DNA of 32,000 nucleotides from Dorea ammoniilytica (GCF_025567415.1 NZ_JAOQJV010000004.1:41903-73902); one strand, 5' to 3'. Counted from the stretch's first letter, positions 1 through 9,166 are shown. Numbers and translations: made by a program. The notes: a model not told the origin generated them from the letters alone.

Positions 1-724
1 CCAAATATTTCATCAGAGACTTTAATCCAGCATTACTTAAATCCGTAAACAAGTTAACCTTTTGAATACCACAGCATACTGCTTTCGCAAGATTATCATC
101 ACCTGTTCCAGAACCTCCATGAAGAACCAGCGGAATCTGTATTTTTTCACTCAGTTCTGACAATAAATCAAATTCCAAATGCGGTTTCCCTTTATATACT
201 CCATGCGAAGTTCCTACTGCAACTGCCAGACAATCTATTCCAGTTTCTTTTACAAAAGAAACTGCTTCTTCTGGATTGGTCAGCCCCGCATTTCTTGTTT
301 CTTCATATTCAAATCCCTGACCCACATGTCCCAATTCTGCTTCAACTGACACACCAACTGCATGTGCAATTTTTACAATCTCCGCAACTTCTCGTACATT
401 CTCTTCGTAGGGAACCATAGAACGGTCTATCATCACTGAGCTAAACCCAAAACGAATCGCACTTACAATTTCTTCATACGGACCACCATGATCCAAATTC
501 AATGCTGCATACACATTTGGATATTTTCTTTCATAAAACCTTGCAATCTCAGCCGTTTCTTCTAAAAAAGGCATTCCTGCACAATCAAGGATAATCGGTG
601 CATGCATCTCTTCTGCTGCCTCAAAACATGCTTTCACGGTAATACTGCTAAACACATTTGGTGCTGCCACGCCATATTTTCTTTTTTTTGCATCATTTAA
701 TATTTCTGCCATTGATAATATCAT
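1..724 (-). CDS. class II ketose-bisphosphate aldolase (FBA / tagatose-bisphosphate aldolase family); 3' end cut by the window edge
   Basis: Not in the ORF track because there is no stop in the window. Manual minus-strand translation from the ATG at 722-724 gives MILSMAEILNDAKKRKYGVAAPNVF..APIILDCAG..NLDHGG..VEAELGHVG..LVLHGGSG, the class II aldolase blocks. GGAGG lies 6 nt upstream. Confidence 0.8.
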   Translation of the reverse strand, partial: MILSMAEILNDAKKRKYGVAAPNVFSSITVKACFEAAEEMHAPIILDCAGMPFLEETAEIARFYERKYPNVYAALNLDHGGPYEEIVSAIRFGFSSVMIDRSMVPYEENVREVAEIVKIAHAVGVSVEAELGHVGQGFEYEETRNAGLTNPEEAVSFVKETGIDCLAVAVGTSHGVYKGKPHLEFDLLSELSEKIQIPLVLHGGSGTGDDNLAKAVCCGIQKVNLFTDLSNAGLKSLMKYL

Positions 725-764
725 TGTCTTCCTCCTTACCCTACGCACATTTTATTTCAATCTG

Positions 765-1607
765 CTAAAACAGCCCAATAAATGCACCTAAAATACATAT
801 CAACACGATCCCCAGTGAAATCAGTCCATATTTCTGGCTCTTATTTTTCAAAATATAATAAATGCCGAAAACTACTAACAAAGGAAGAATTCCAGGAGCT
901 ATGCTATCCAAAATGTCCTGCAGAATAATCTCAGTTCCTGCAATTTTAAACTTAAGGGCAGTTGTAAGTGTTACATATGAAGCACTTAATGCTCCCATCA
1001 TGAACAGTCCCAGAATACTTGTTGCAGAAATCAGTTCCTTGACCCATCCTGCCTGCAAAATACTTTTTACAGATTCCTTTCCAATCTTGTATCCTAACGC
1101 CCACAGATTTTTTCCTATAAAAAACGTAATCAGCATAAATGCAAATGGAATAATTGCTCCAAGTACATTTCCGGTAATTCCAAATGTCACTGCAATTCCA
1201 TATATGATAGTTTTCAATGTGCCCCAGTCAATTGTATCTCCGATTCCTGATAATGGACCCATTAATCCGGTCTTAATACCTGTAATTGCTCCATCTGTAA
1301 TTTCACCCTCGTTAGCACGCTCTTCTTCCATAGACAATGTAATTCCATGAATCGGTGTACTCCATGTACCCTGAGAATTAAAAAAGTTCAAATGTCTGAG
1401 CAGTGCTCCGCTCAATTCCCCTTTGTCGGTATACAGCTTCTTCAAACAAGGAATCATACTATAACAAAACGCTACTCCCTGCTGTCTTTCGTAACAATTG
1501 GACACCTCAGCATCAAAATACCATCTGTAAAATGATTTATTGATATCTTTCTTTGTCAACAATACCTGCTCTTTACTATTCATCTTTTTTTCAACTGTAT
1601 TCTCCAT
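765..1607 (-). CDS. PTS mannose/fructose/sorbose-family EIID component
   Basis: ORF 765..1673. The likely start is the internal ATG at 1607 (MENTVEKK..), preceded by AAGGAGGGG. This start also avoids overlap with the IIC stop at 1622. The protein is multi-TM with a typical IID N-terminus (FYRWYF..SNCYERQQ). Confidence 0.85.
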   Translation of the reverse strand: MENTVEKKMNSKEQVLLTKKDINKSFYRWYFDAEVSNCYERQQGVAFCYSMIPCLKKLYTDKGELSGALLRHLNFFNSQGTWSTPIHGITLSMEEERANEGEITDGAITGIKTGLMGPLSGIGDTIDWGTLKTIIYGIAVTFGITGNVLGAIIPFAFMLITFFIGKNLWALGYKIGKESVKSILQAGWVKELISATSILGLFMMGALSASYVTLTTALKFKIAGTEIILQDILDSIAPGILPLLVVFGIYYILKNKSQKYGLISLGIVLICILGAFIGLF

Positions 1608-1621
1608 TTGAATCCCCTCCT

Positions 1622-2365
1622 TTACTTGGCCATCTGTTCTCTGCGCAGGAACGTGATCAATAATGCTATACATGTTCCAAAGATTGCAGCTGCCATTGTG
1701 CTAATTCCCAAATACTGAACCGCAAAAAATCCAATAATAAAAAATGGAAGATAAATATTTTTGCCAATAATAAAAATCGTAATTGCAAATCCTAATGCAG
1801 GGAGTGTTGATCCAGTAACTGACAATCCGTGTGTAAGCCATTCCGGAATCACATCCAATAACTTCTCTACAACATCTGCTCCCAGATAAATAGCCGCAAA
1901 TACAATCGGGAATCTCAATAAAAATCCCAGTGCAAGAGGATACGCAACCGCACAGCGTTCGATTCCTTTTACATTTCCCTGTTCTGCATAAGCATCTGCC
2001 TTATGCGCAAACACTGCCTGTAACGTTCTTCTAATCTGATCCTGAAATACGCCCAGCAGACCAAATGGAACGGCTAGTGTCACTGCTGCTGCAGGATCCA
2101 TTCCGGTTAATAACGCAATTGGAATTGAAATACATCCTGCCAGACATTCATCTGCTGGAATATTTGCTCCAGCTGCTACCATTCCAAGATATACCATTTC
2201 TACATTTGCTCCTATTTTCATCGCTGTACCGACATCTCCTGCAATAATTCCAAAAGGAAGTGCCATCACAATCGGTTGACAGATAACCGCATGAAATGTA
2301 TATCCCATTTTACTTTGTCCGATCCACCACCAAATTCCTGCTGCTAATGCTAATGCAAATACCAT
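1622..2365 (-). CDS. PTS mannose-family EIIC component
   Basis: 247-aa polytopic membrane protein, IIC(Man)-like. AGGAGG RBS. It sits between the IIB and IID genes. Confidence 0.85.
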   Translation of the reverse strand: MVFALALAAGIWWWIGQSKMGYTFHAVICQPIVMALPFGIIAGDVGTAMKIGANVEMVYLGMVAAGANIPADECLAGCISIPIALLTGMDPAAAVTLAVPFGLLGVFQDQIRRTLQAVFAHKADAYAEQGNVKGIERCAVAYPLALGFLLRFPIVFAAIYLGADVVEKLLDVIPEWLTHGLSVTGSTLPALGFAITIFIIGKNIYLPFFIIGFFAVQYLGISTMAAAIFGTCIALLITFLRREQMAK

Positions 2366-2377
2366 AATCTTATCCTC

Positions 2378-2869
2378 CTATCCCTCAAACGTTCTTTTAA
2401 TCTTATCGAAATCCATTCTTGGTTCTTCCGGTATGATATGAATATAAATTTCAGTTCCTTTTTGATGCATTTCCTCTAACAGATCCATATCCGCCTGATT
2501 CAATGAAACCGCACGCAATATCGTCACTCGCCCTGGTTCGTTTGGTATGCCCCCAATCTGCAAGCTAGAAATCGGAACGCCCTTCTGTGCTGTCCGCATA
2601 CATGATTCAACATCTTTAAACAACAACATCACCGTTCCCGTTCCAAATTCATCTTTTTCCCATTCCTCTGCTGCCTTATCAACTGATATAATCTCAACAG
2701 ACACATTTTTTGGTGCGGCAGCCGCATAGATCATGACCATAAAATCATCTTTTGATAATTCGTCATCAATGATAATAATCCGATTCGCTTTCGCAATCTT
2801 CACCCATTTTGTGATAACCTGCCCATGAATCAAACGACTATCCAGGCGTACTAATGAAATTTTTGCCAT
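2378..2869 (-). CDS. PTS mannose-family EIIB component (copy 2, adjacent to IIC/IID)
   Basis: N-terminal LVRLDSRLIHGQV motif (phospho-His of IIB-Man). 163 aa, with an RBS. Confidence 0.85.
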   Translation of the reverse strand: MAKISLVRLDSRLIHGQVITKWVKIAKANRIIIIDDELSKDDFMVMIYAAAAPKNVSVEIISVDKAAEEWEKDEFGTGTVMLLFKDVESCMRTAQKGVPISSLQIGGIPNEPGRVTILRAVSLNQADMDLLEEMHQKGTEIYIHIIPEEPRMDFDKIKRTFEG

Positions 2870-2881
2870 ACTAATCCTCTC

Positions 2882-3265
2882 CTATCTTTTTAAATTTAAT
2901 ATTTTTTCTTTTACTGATATTTCTATCTTGTCAACAAGTTCTCCACCGTAATACGTATTTCTCAGATTATCCGCACATATCAGCATTTCCATATTCAAAC
3001 CACATACTGCATAGACCGTTCCATACTTCTTTGCATAGACACCGGCTATATTCGACGGTGTTCCCCCTGCAAGATCAGTCAATAGCAAAACATTTTCTGC
3101 ATTTTCTATCGCTGCATCTATGCGCTGCATATAATTAGAAATGGAATCCTCTGGCATCAGGCTCAGTGTTTCACAGCATTCTATTTTTCCTACAACCATC
3201 TGAGCAGACTGTAATAATTCTTCTCCCCAGCCTCCATGTGTTAACAGTATTATTTTTGTTTTCAT
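2882..3265 (-). CDS. PTS mannose-family EIIA component (copy 2)
   Basis: MKTKIILLTHGGWGEEL.. has the THG phospho-His motif of IIA-Man. 127 aa. Confidence 0.8.
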   Translation of the reverse strand: MKTKIILLTHGGWGEELLQSAQMVVGKIECCETLSLMPEDSISNYMQRIDAAIENAENVLLLTDLAGGTPSNIAGVYAKKYGTVYAVCGLNMEMLICADNLRNTYYGGELVDKIEISVKEKILNLKR

Positions 3266-3284
3266 ACAATTTTCCTCTTTGCTG

Positions 3285-3749
3285 TTATATAAGATCTCTG
3301 ATATACACTACTTCATTATCTGGAACCATCTGTATATAAAGAACTGTCCCATCCTCCGTCAAACTTTTTATAATTTCTTCTTCATGCCCAGACACATATA
3401 TATTTTCATATAATTCCTTTTTGCCAGGAGCAAATGGAAGCCTGCAGATATTTACTGTTTTTATTTCAGTTCCCTTCTCATATATTCTCCACAATGTATC
3501 CAATGTTCTTAACAGTACAAGTACATTTGCATCCGCTATCATAACAGCTTCAGCACCTTCATCTGTACTATAAAAAAACACTTCTACAGACTCAGGAACC
3601 GTCATTGTTAGTACACCTTGTAAAATAGGATCCGTTGCCACCTGATCATCAATGATATATAATTTACTGCATGACGCATGTTCGAGCCATTTAAAAAGAA
3701 TCTGTCCATGAACCAAACGTTCATCAACCCGAAAAAATATTTCATTCAT
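3285..3749 (-). CDS. PTS mannose-family EIIB component (copy 1, promoter-proximal)
   Basis: FRVDERLVHGQI motif. The ATG at 3749 is preceded by GAGGTG with 8-nt spacing. The ORF-track start at 3752 is a TTG. Confidence 0.8.
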   Translation of the reverse strand: MNEIFFRVDERLVHGQILFKWLEHASCSKLYIIDDQVATDPILQGVLTMTVPESVEVFFYSTDEGAEAVMIADANVLVLLRTLDTLWRIYEKGTEIKTVNICRLPFAPGKKELYENIYVSGHEEEIIKSLTEDGTVLYIQMVPDNEVVYIRDLI

Positions 3750-3767
3750 CAATTAATCACCTCTTCA

Positions 3768-4163
3768 TCAGCTGATCAGTTCTTTCATATTTACGATTCC
3801 ATTTTTTCCTCCTTCCATTGCTACTTCCGGAAGACTGTTTAGTGAAATTTCTGTCCTATTCTCCAATACATTAATCAACATTGGTAGATTCAGTCCTGTC
3901 ACGCATTGAATATTTTCTTCCCTCAAGCAGGATGCAGTCACATTGCAAGGACTTCCGCCGAGCAGATCGACAAGAACGATCACACCGTCACCATCATCTA
4001 ATTCTTTAGATTTCTCTCTTACCTTGCGCAATAGTTCCTGCACATCATCGCCATGATTTAATGTCAGTGCTTCCAGCTTATCGTGATGACCGAAAATCAA
4101 CTCCATACTTTTAATAATGGACTCGCTGAAATTTCCGTGAGTCACAACCAACACACCAATCAT
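3768..4163 (-). CDS. PTS mannose-family EIIA component (copy 1, promoter-proximal)
   Basis: MIGVLVVTHGNFSES.. IIA-Man motif. GAGGTG RBS. This is the first gene after the sigma-54 promoter. Confidence 0.8.
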   Translation of the reverse strand: MIGVLVVTHGNFSESIIKSMELIFGHHDKLEALTLNHGDDVQELLRKVREKSKELDDGDGVIVLVDLLGGSPCNVTASCLREENIQCVTGLNLPMLINVLENRTEISLNSLPEVAMEGGKNGIVNMKELIS

Positions 4164-4205
4164 TACCCATCACCTCATTTCTTTTTTCTTTTATTTATTT
4201 ATAGA

Positions 4206-4220
4206 GCAAATTGCGTGCCA
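4206..4220 (-). promoter_or_regulatory. sigma-54 (-24/-12) promoter of the PTS operon
   Basis: The minus strand reads TGGCAC-GCAAT-TTGC, an exact GG-N10-GC consensus. It ends 43 nt upstream of the first IIA start codon (ATG at 4163). A LevR-type activator and rpoN are encoded nearby. Confidence 0.85.
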
Positions 4221-4259
4221 GCTTTGTGTGTTGTTTTTCTGCATAAAGTGTGTTTAGAC

Positions 4260-4307
4260 AAAAAAGTATCGATCTATAACGCATTACCTGCGTCATAAAC
4301 CGATACT
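4260..4307 (-). terminator. rho-independent terminator downstream of the LevR-like gene
   Basis: The minus strand reads AGTATCGGTTTATGACGCA-ggtaa-TGCGTTATAGATCGATACT followed by TTTTT. I paired a 19-bp stem by hand (16 Watson-Crick plus 3 G.U pairs). Confidence 0.8.
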
Positions 4308-4313
4308 TTCATC

Positions 4314-7079
4314 TTATATATTTTCCATCATTTCTATCAAATACACAATTTCTGAATCCGGAATATCAATATGCAACATATGTTCAATATCTCCCAAACT
4401 CTGCTTGATTCTATTAAACAGTGTCTCATACTTCTTTTTTATCTCTTCCGTCTGTTTATGCTGTATAATTTCTCCCTGCATAATACGTTCCAGCATACAT
4501 GCCGTATGAATTACATAACGAAATTTAATATCCTTTCTGTTTTTCCCCTGAGTCGTCAGTTCCTCAAACGATTTCAGTAGCAATGGAATAATCTTTGCCG
4601 GATTAAGAAAAGCCAGTATCCCCGAAAGCGTCTCAGCTAATATTTCTGTCTTTACATCGCTCTCCTGTTCATTCGAAATATTCAAATCCGATGCATTCGA
4701 TAATATATGTTCCAGCCGACGCATTCCCTCCCCCGCAATCAATTCATCGACAGAAATATATGGTACACCGTCCAATTTCAAATCTACTGTTCCAACTACA
4801 GCATCAATCCTTTTCCGCTGCAGTCCCTCTTTCCCATTCTGCACGTCTACGGCCTGCCTGAAATCCATGCACTGTATATGCACCATATCTTTCAATGCTC
4901 CTGGGAGCATTTCCATGATAATATCTTTGATTTTTACAGCTGTTCCCTGTCCGGTAAAACATGTCGTTATAATCCTGTGCTGGATACACCCCATATTCTT
5001 CTCATCTTGATTCTTTATCAGGAACTGAAATGTCTGTTTCAAATCTGCATAGATTTCATCCAAGGACATATCTTGCATCAATGACTTTCTTAATGCTTCC
5101 AGCACAATCGCGGTCGAAGCAAGTGTTATGGTTCTCACTTTAATTCCGGTTTTCTGTTCAATCAATTCTCCCATCATGGTCAGTGAACCCATATCAGTTA
5201 GCAGCAGGACTCCCTTGCCCTCATCGATTTCCTTCACCATTGCCACAGCTTTTTCAAACATAATTTCAGTAGACATATCCAACGGCATATCAAGTGCTTT
5301 ACAATGATCCGTATTCATCAGCTGATTAACAACTTCTGACATACTGCTCGCAGTTGAATTACCATGAGCCATAACCATTATGCCTGTATACTGTTTTATC
5401 TGTTCATTCGAAACACATAAAAACATTGTCAGGTATACCAATTCTCGTTCTGGTATCTGAACATCGAGTTCCTCTTCCAGTAGCCTTTTAATTGTCTTTG
5501 CTACTCGAAATTCTTTCGGATGATTTAATGCAATGTCACTGCCAACCTCTTCCCTTATCGGAATTCCGTTTTCAATCCGTTCGAGCATGGCATTTACGTG
5601 CATTGTCATTCCAATCTTAGCCTGTTCAGATAATTTTCTTTCCAACCGCACTTCTGCAAATTGAATCACTTCTTCAACTGCATAATACACATTGGCATTT
5701 ATAATTTTCAACAGATTCTTTCTGCCATCCTCCTGATCTGTCACATGATATTTTTCCATCAGCTGTTCCATATATCGGTCCAGATCTTCCTGTAATATCC
5801 CTGTAATCTGCCCCTTTGTTCTTCCCTGCTGTTTAAAAGTCTGATATTTCTCCGAAATAATATCATATAGCGACTGTTTTTGATTGCCGATTGTTTCTTC
5901 ACCTTCAAAAAAATGATAATCATCCGAATATCTCAAAAAATCAATCAGATCATTCTTTTGATTTTGATGTTCTAAACGGCCTTTTTGGATATACTCAGGC
6001 AGTACCGGCAATTCCACCGTAACATACTGCAGTTTATCTACCTTATACTGTAAAAAGGCTCTTGCACAGACCAGCTGAATATCTGCTTTCAGCTGTCCGA
6101 TATTGCCTGGACAATAATATAACAGAAGTGCTATGAGTGCCTCTTTATAAACTCTGATCGGCACTCCCACCTTTTTTTGTTCATTTACAAAGAACATCTC
6201 TATCAGCTGCAGACGTTCCACTATAGGGCGTTCATTCAATGCTGGCAAATGGATTACAACAGGCATACGCCGCAAAAATGTCTTTAAAAGAACTGTATTA
6301 ATATTTTCTGTCGTAGCACCGATAATCAGTACATCTGCCTCTCTGAATTTATCTGTTTCACCCAGACGCCGATAGATTCCTTTGTCCATCAATAAAAATA
6401 GCATCTCCTGACCTTCCGGAGGCAGGCGGTGAATTTCATCCAACAGCAAAATTCCTCCATCCGCCTGCTCAACAAGTCCAATTTTATCCTTTTCTGCACC
6501 AGTATAGGCTCCTTTTTTACATCCAAACAACTGTGACAGGATCAGCTGAGGATTTTGTGCATATTCTGCACAATTAAAAACAATCAGTTTTTCCTTTTCA
6601 CGAATTATCCCCGATTGTGCCGCATACTCATACATCTTTTCTGCAAATGTTGTTTTTCCCGTCCCAGTCGGTCCAGCCAAAAGTGTATGTAAGCCTCTTG
6701 GTGGATACAAAATTGCTGATTTTCCCTGTTCGATTTGAGATTTCAGCGATCCGTTCCCGCCTATCAGATTGCTAAATGCGGTTTTACCGTCTTTTTCCTC
6801 TGCTTTTTTTACTAACTCTTCACAGACTGATGCTTCCATAAACAGTACCGGTCTACTTTCTGATTTTACTACAAGACCTTCCCGCACCAATTCATTCAAA
6901 TCTCTGCTCACGTTACTTCGTTCTAATCCTAACGCCTCTGCAATCGTACCAGAATCTATTCCGGTTTTCGTTTCCTGTTCATCTACCATTTGTCGAACAC
7001 ATTGCAATATTTTTTCTTTTCTATTCAAGTCTTTAACCCTCTCTTCTAGTAAATCAATGCACCAACCAGGCGTTTCCAT
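4314..7079 (-). CDS. sigma-54-dependent transcriptional activator, LevR type (HTH - AAA+ - PRD - EIIA(Man)-like - PRD)
   Basis: Walker A GPTGTGKTT and a GAYTGA loop (GAFTGA-type sigma-54 contact motif). PRD-like segments are present. An internal IIA-Man-like block MVMAHGNSTASS and a C-terminal PRD follow. The ATG at 7079 lacks an SD, so the TTG at 7028 (GAGAGGG 8 nt upstream, giving LNRKEKIL..) is an alternative start. Confidence 0.85.
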   Translation of the reverse strand: METPGWCIDLLEERVKDLNRKEKILQCVRQMVDEQETKTGIDSGTIAEALGLERSNVSRDLNELVREGLVVKSESRPVLFMEASVCEELVKKAEEKDGKTAFSNLIGGNGSLKSQIEQGKSAILYPPRGLHTLLAGPTGTGKTTFAEKMYEYAAQSGIIREKEKLIVFNCAEYAQNPQLILSQLFGCKKGAYTGAEKDKIGLVEQADGGILLLDEIHRLPPEGQEMLFLLMDKGIYRRLGETDKFREADVLIIGATTENINTVLLKTFLRRMPVVIHLPALNERPIVERLQLIEMFFVNEQKKVGVPIRVYKEALIALLLYYCPGNIGQLKADIQLVCARAFLQYKVDKLQYVTVELPVLPEYIQKGRLEHQNQKNDLIDFLRYSDDYHFFEGEETIGNQKQSLYDIISEKYQTFKQQGRTKGQITGILQEDLDRYMEQLMEKYHVTDQEDGRKNLLKIINANVYYAVEEVIQFAEVRLERKLSEQAKIGMTMHVNAMLERIENGIPIREEVGSDIALNHPKEFRVAKTIKRLLEEELDVQIPERELVYLTMFLCVSNEQIKQYTGIMVMAHGNSTASSMSEVVNQLMNTDHCKALDMPLDMSTEIMFEKAVAMVKEIDEGKGVLLLTDMGSLTMMGELIEQKTGIKVRTITLASTAIVLEALRKSLMQDMSLDEIYADLKQTFQFLIKNQDEKNMGCIQHRIITTCFTGQGTAVKIKDIIMEMLPGALKDMVHIQCMDFRQAVDVQNGKEGLQRKRIDAVVGTVDLKLDGVPYISVDELIAGEGMRRLEHILSNASDLNISNEQESDVKTEILAETLSGILAFLNPAKIIPLLLKSFEELTTQGKNRKDIKFRYVIHTACMLERIMQGEIIQHKQTEEIKKKYETLFNRIKQSLGDIEHMLHIDIPDSEIVYLIEMMENI

Positions 7080-7094
7080 CTATCGTTTAAAAGA

Positions 7095-7123
7095 ATTCTA
7101 TCATTTTCTCTACTAGGAGTCCA
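7095..7123 (-). promoter_or_regulatory. candidate sigma-70 promoter for the LevR-like gene
   Basis: The minus strand reads TGGACT-17 nt-TAGAAT with an extended -10 TG (TGaTAGAAT). It lies in the 94-nt gap between the ADH gene and the activator. Confidence 0.4.
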
Positions 7124-7173
7124 GAATACAGAGCTATCTTATTCCGATATCATTCCATCTGCCAGCATTTGTT

Positions 7174-8187
7174 CTAGTTAAATGTAATAATTCCTTTTAT
7201 GTATTCTTTTGGATTTGTTGTAAGCAGTTGGAAGCCTTCATTAATCTCTGTGACTGGAATTCTGTGTGTAATCAGTTTATCTGTTGGGAAAATATCTTTT
7301 ACATACGCATCCACTGCCTTTTTTAGCACATCCATATAGTTTTCACAGTACCAAGGATGAACTACATGAATAATCGGAGAACGATACATCATATTATAAG
7401 CCATTTCCTCTGTAAATATTTCATTTTTCGTATACATAGACGGTGCAAGGATCTTTCCTCTTCCTGCAATTCTAATAATCTGCAATGCTGATGCCAGGCC
7501 TTTTAAGCTTCCTGTTATTTCAATAACTACATCAAATCCTTTTCCCTTTGTAATGTTCATCATGCTTGACTGTAAATCTTCCTGCAAAGGGCATATAGTT
7601 TCAGAAGCTCCGTATTTTTCTGCCAGTTTCAGACGATCTGAATCAAAATCAATTGCTGTTAGACTTCCCAATCTATCATTTTTCAATCCAGCTATTGCCA
7701 ATAGTCCCATAAATCCACATCCAATCACAGCTACATGATCACCAAAACGTGGATTCGCTGCCTGAACAATATTTGCAACACACATCATTGGTTCTCCAAG
7801 ACAGGCATCAATAGGTTTCTCCGTATCTGGAATTTTAACAAGACGTTTATTTTCATTCAGCATCATATGACTTGTAAAGCATTCAGAAGATACTCCTGTC
7901 ACATAATCTCCCGTCTTAAATTTCGTAACACTTCTCCCTATTTCCTGTACTACAGCTACAGGCTCATGTCCCAGTCCCATTGGATATTGGATATTTTTCA
8001 CCATGGCTTCAAAACCCAGTGGACTTTTGCCCATTGCACTTGTTCCCAGATATGCAGGAACATCTGAATGACATAAACCTACACTAATCATTTTCAATAA
8101 TACTTCATCTTCTTTTAGTTCCGGCATCTGCTCTTCATATAATTCAAAATGACCAGCCCTCGTCAGTTTTGCTTTTATCCGTTTCAT
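7174..8187 (-). CDS. Zn-dependent medium-chain dehydrogenase/reductase (polyol or polyol-phosphate dehydrogenase-like)
   Basis: GLCHSD and GHEP zinc-ligand motifs and a GCGFMG Rossmann motif. There is a 4-nt overlap with the upstream transketolase C gene. Confidence 0.75.
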   Translation of the reverse strand: MKRIKAKLTRAGHFELYEEQMPELKEDEVLLKMISVGLCHSDVPAYLGTSAMGKSPLGFEAMVKNIQYPMGLGHEPVAVVQEIGRSVTKFKTGDYVTGVSSECFTSHMMLNENKRLVKIPDTEKPIDACLGEPMMCVANIVQAANPRFGDHVAVIGCGFMGLLAIAGLKNDRLGSLTAIDFDSDRLKLAEKYGASETICPLQEDLQSSMMNITKGKGFDVVIEITGSLKGLASALQIIRIAGRGKILAPSMYTKNEIFTEEMAYNMMYRSPIIHVVHPWYCENYMDVLKKAVDAYVKDIFPTDKLITHRIPVTEINEGFQLLTTNPKEYIKGIITFN

Positions 8188-9152
8188 TTTTTGCTTTTCC
8201 TTTCTATTGCTTTCTCTGCTTTTTTCACAATATCTTCTGCGGTCAGATGGAATCTCTTCTTTAAATACTCCATATCTCCAACCTCTCCAAATTCATCTTC
8301 TATGCCAATCCGTTCTACCGGTACCGGCAGGTTTTCTGCAAGCACCTCGCATACCGCACTTCCAAGACCGTTATACATAGAATGGTTTTCTGCTGTAACA
8401 ACTGCACCTGTTTCTTCTGCACATTTCAGGACAAGTTCCTTATCTAATGGCTTAATAGTAAACATATCTACCACTCTGGCAGAAATACCTTTTTCTGCTA
8501 AAACATCTGCTGCCTTCAAGGACTCTGCCGTCATAATTCCACTCGCTATAATTGTCACATCTGTACCTTCTCTGAGTTCTTTCCCTTTTCCAATCTCAAA
8601 CTCTTCCTGACTGTCATACAACCTGACAACCGCTTTTCTGGCACATCTTATATAATACATTCCTTTTAAATCCACCAACTGATGAAGCAGTTTTTCTAAC
8701 ATCACTTCATCCGTTGGCTCTATAATTGTCAGTTCTGGAAAAGCCCGCAATGCGGCTACATCTTCAAATGGCATATGTGTTCCTCCGTTGTAAGCCGCCA
8801 TAATTCCCGGATCTGAGCCAACTAATTTTACGTTCGCATGAGAATAGCATCCAGAAATAAAAATCTGATCATTTGCTCTTCTAGATATAAACGGTGCAAA
8901 CGAATGTACAAACGGGATTTTCCCTGCTGCAGACATACCACATGCTACGCCAACCATATTTGCTTCCTGAATTCCGCAATTAACAAGTTGTCCCGGATAT
9001 TGATCGATTTCATCCATTTTACTACCCATAATACAACCACCGAGATCTGCTTCTAATTCAACTACATTCTTATTTTCCCGCATTATTTTTGTAATCGTAT
9101 CTGAATATACTCCGGCCATTTTTCTTTCAGATACTGTATATGTTTTTTTCAT
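8184..9152 (-). CDS. transketolase, C-terminal (pyrimidine-binding) subunit of a split enzyme
   Basis: 322 aa with typical split-TK C-subunit sequence (..GIQEANMVGVACGMSAAGKIPF..). It is adjacent to the N-terminal subunit gene. Confidence 0.85.
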   Translation of the reverse strand: MKKTYTVSERKMAGVYSDTITKIMRENKNVVELEADLGGCIMGSKMDEIDQYPGQLVNCGIQEANMVGVACGMSAAGKIPFVHSFAPFISRRANDQIFISGCYSHANVKLVGSDPGIMAAYNGGTHMPFEDVAALRAFPELTIIEPTDEVMLEKLLHQLVDLKGMYYIRCARKAVVRLYDSQEEFEIGKGKELREGTDVTIIASGIMTAESLKAADVLAEKGISARVVDMFTIKPLDKELVLKCAEETGAVVTAENHSMYNGLGSAVCEVLAENLPVPVERIGIEDEFGEVGDMEYLKKRFHLTAEDIVKKAEKAIERKSKK

Positions 9153-9166
9153 TTTCTATAATCCTC

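Noticed and set aside
862-1350. Plus-strand ORFs of 60-160 aa inside the PTS, transketolase, ADH and LevR genes (for example 862..1350, 7735..8067, 8149..8610, 6769..7116)
   Set aside because: All are antisense to or out of frame with well-supported genes. They lack RBSs and encode low-complexity sequence.
7146-7164. TGGCAG on the minus strand upstream of the LevR-like gene, considered as a -24 element
   Set aside because: The position that should carry TTGC reads AATGA, so there is no -12 element.
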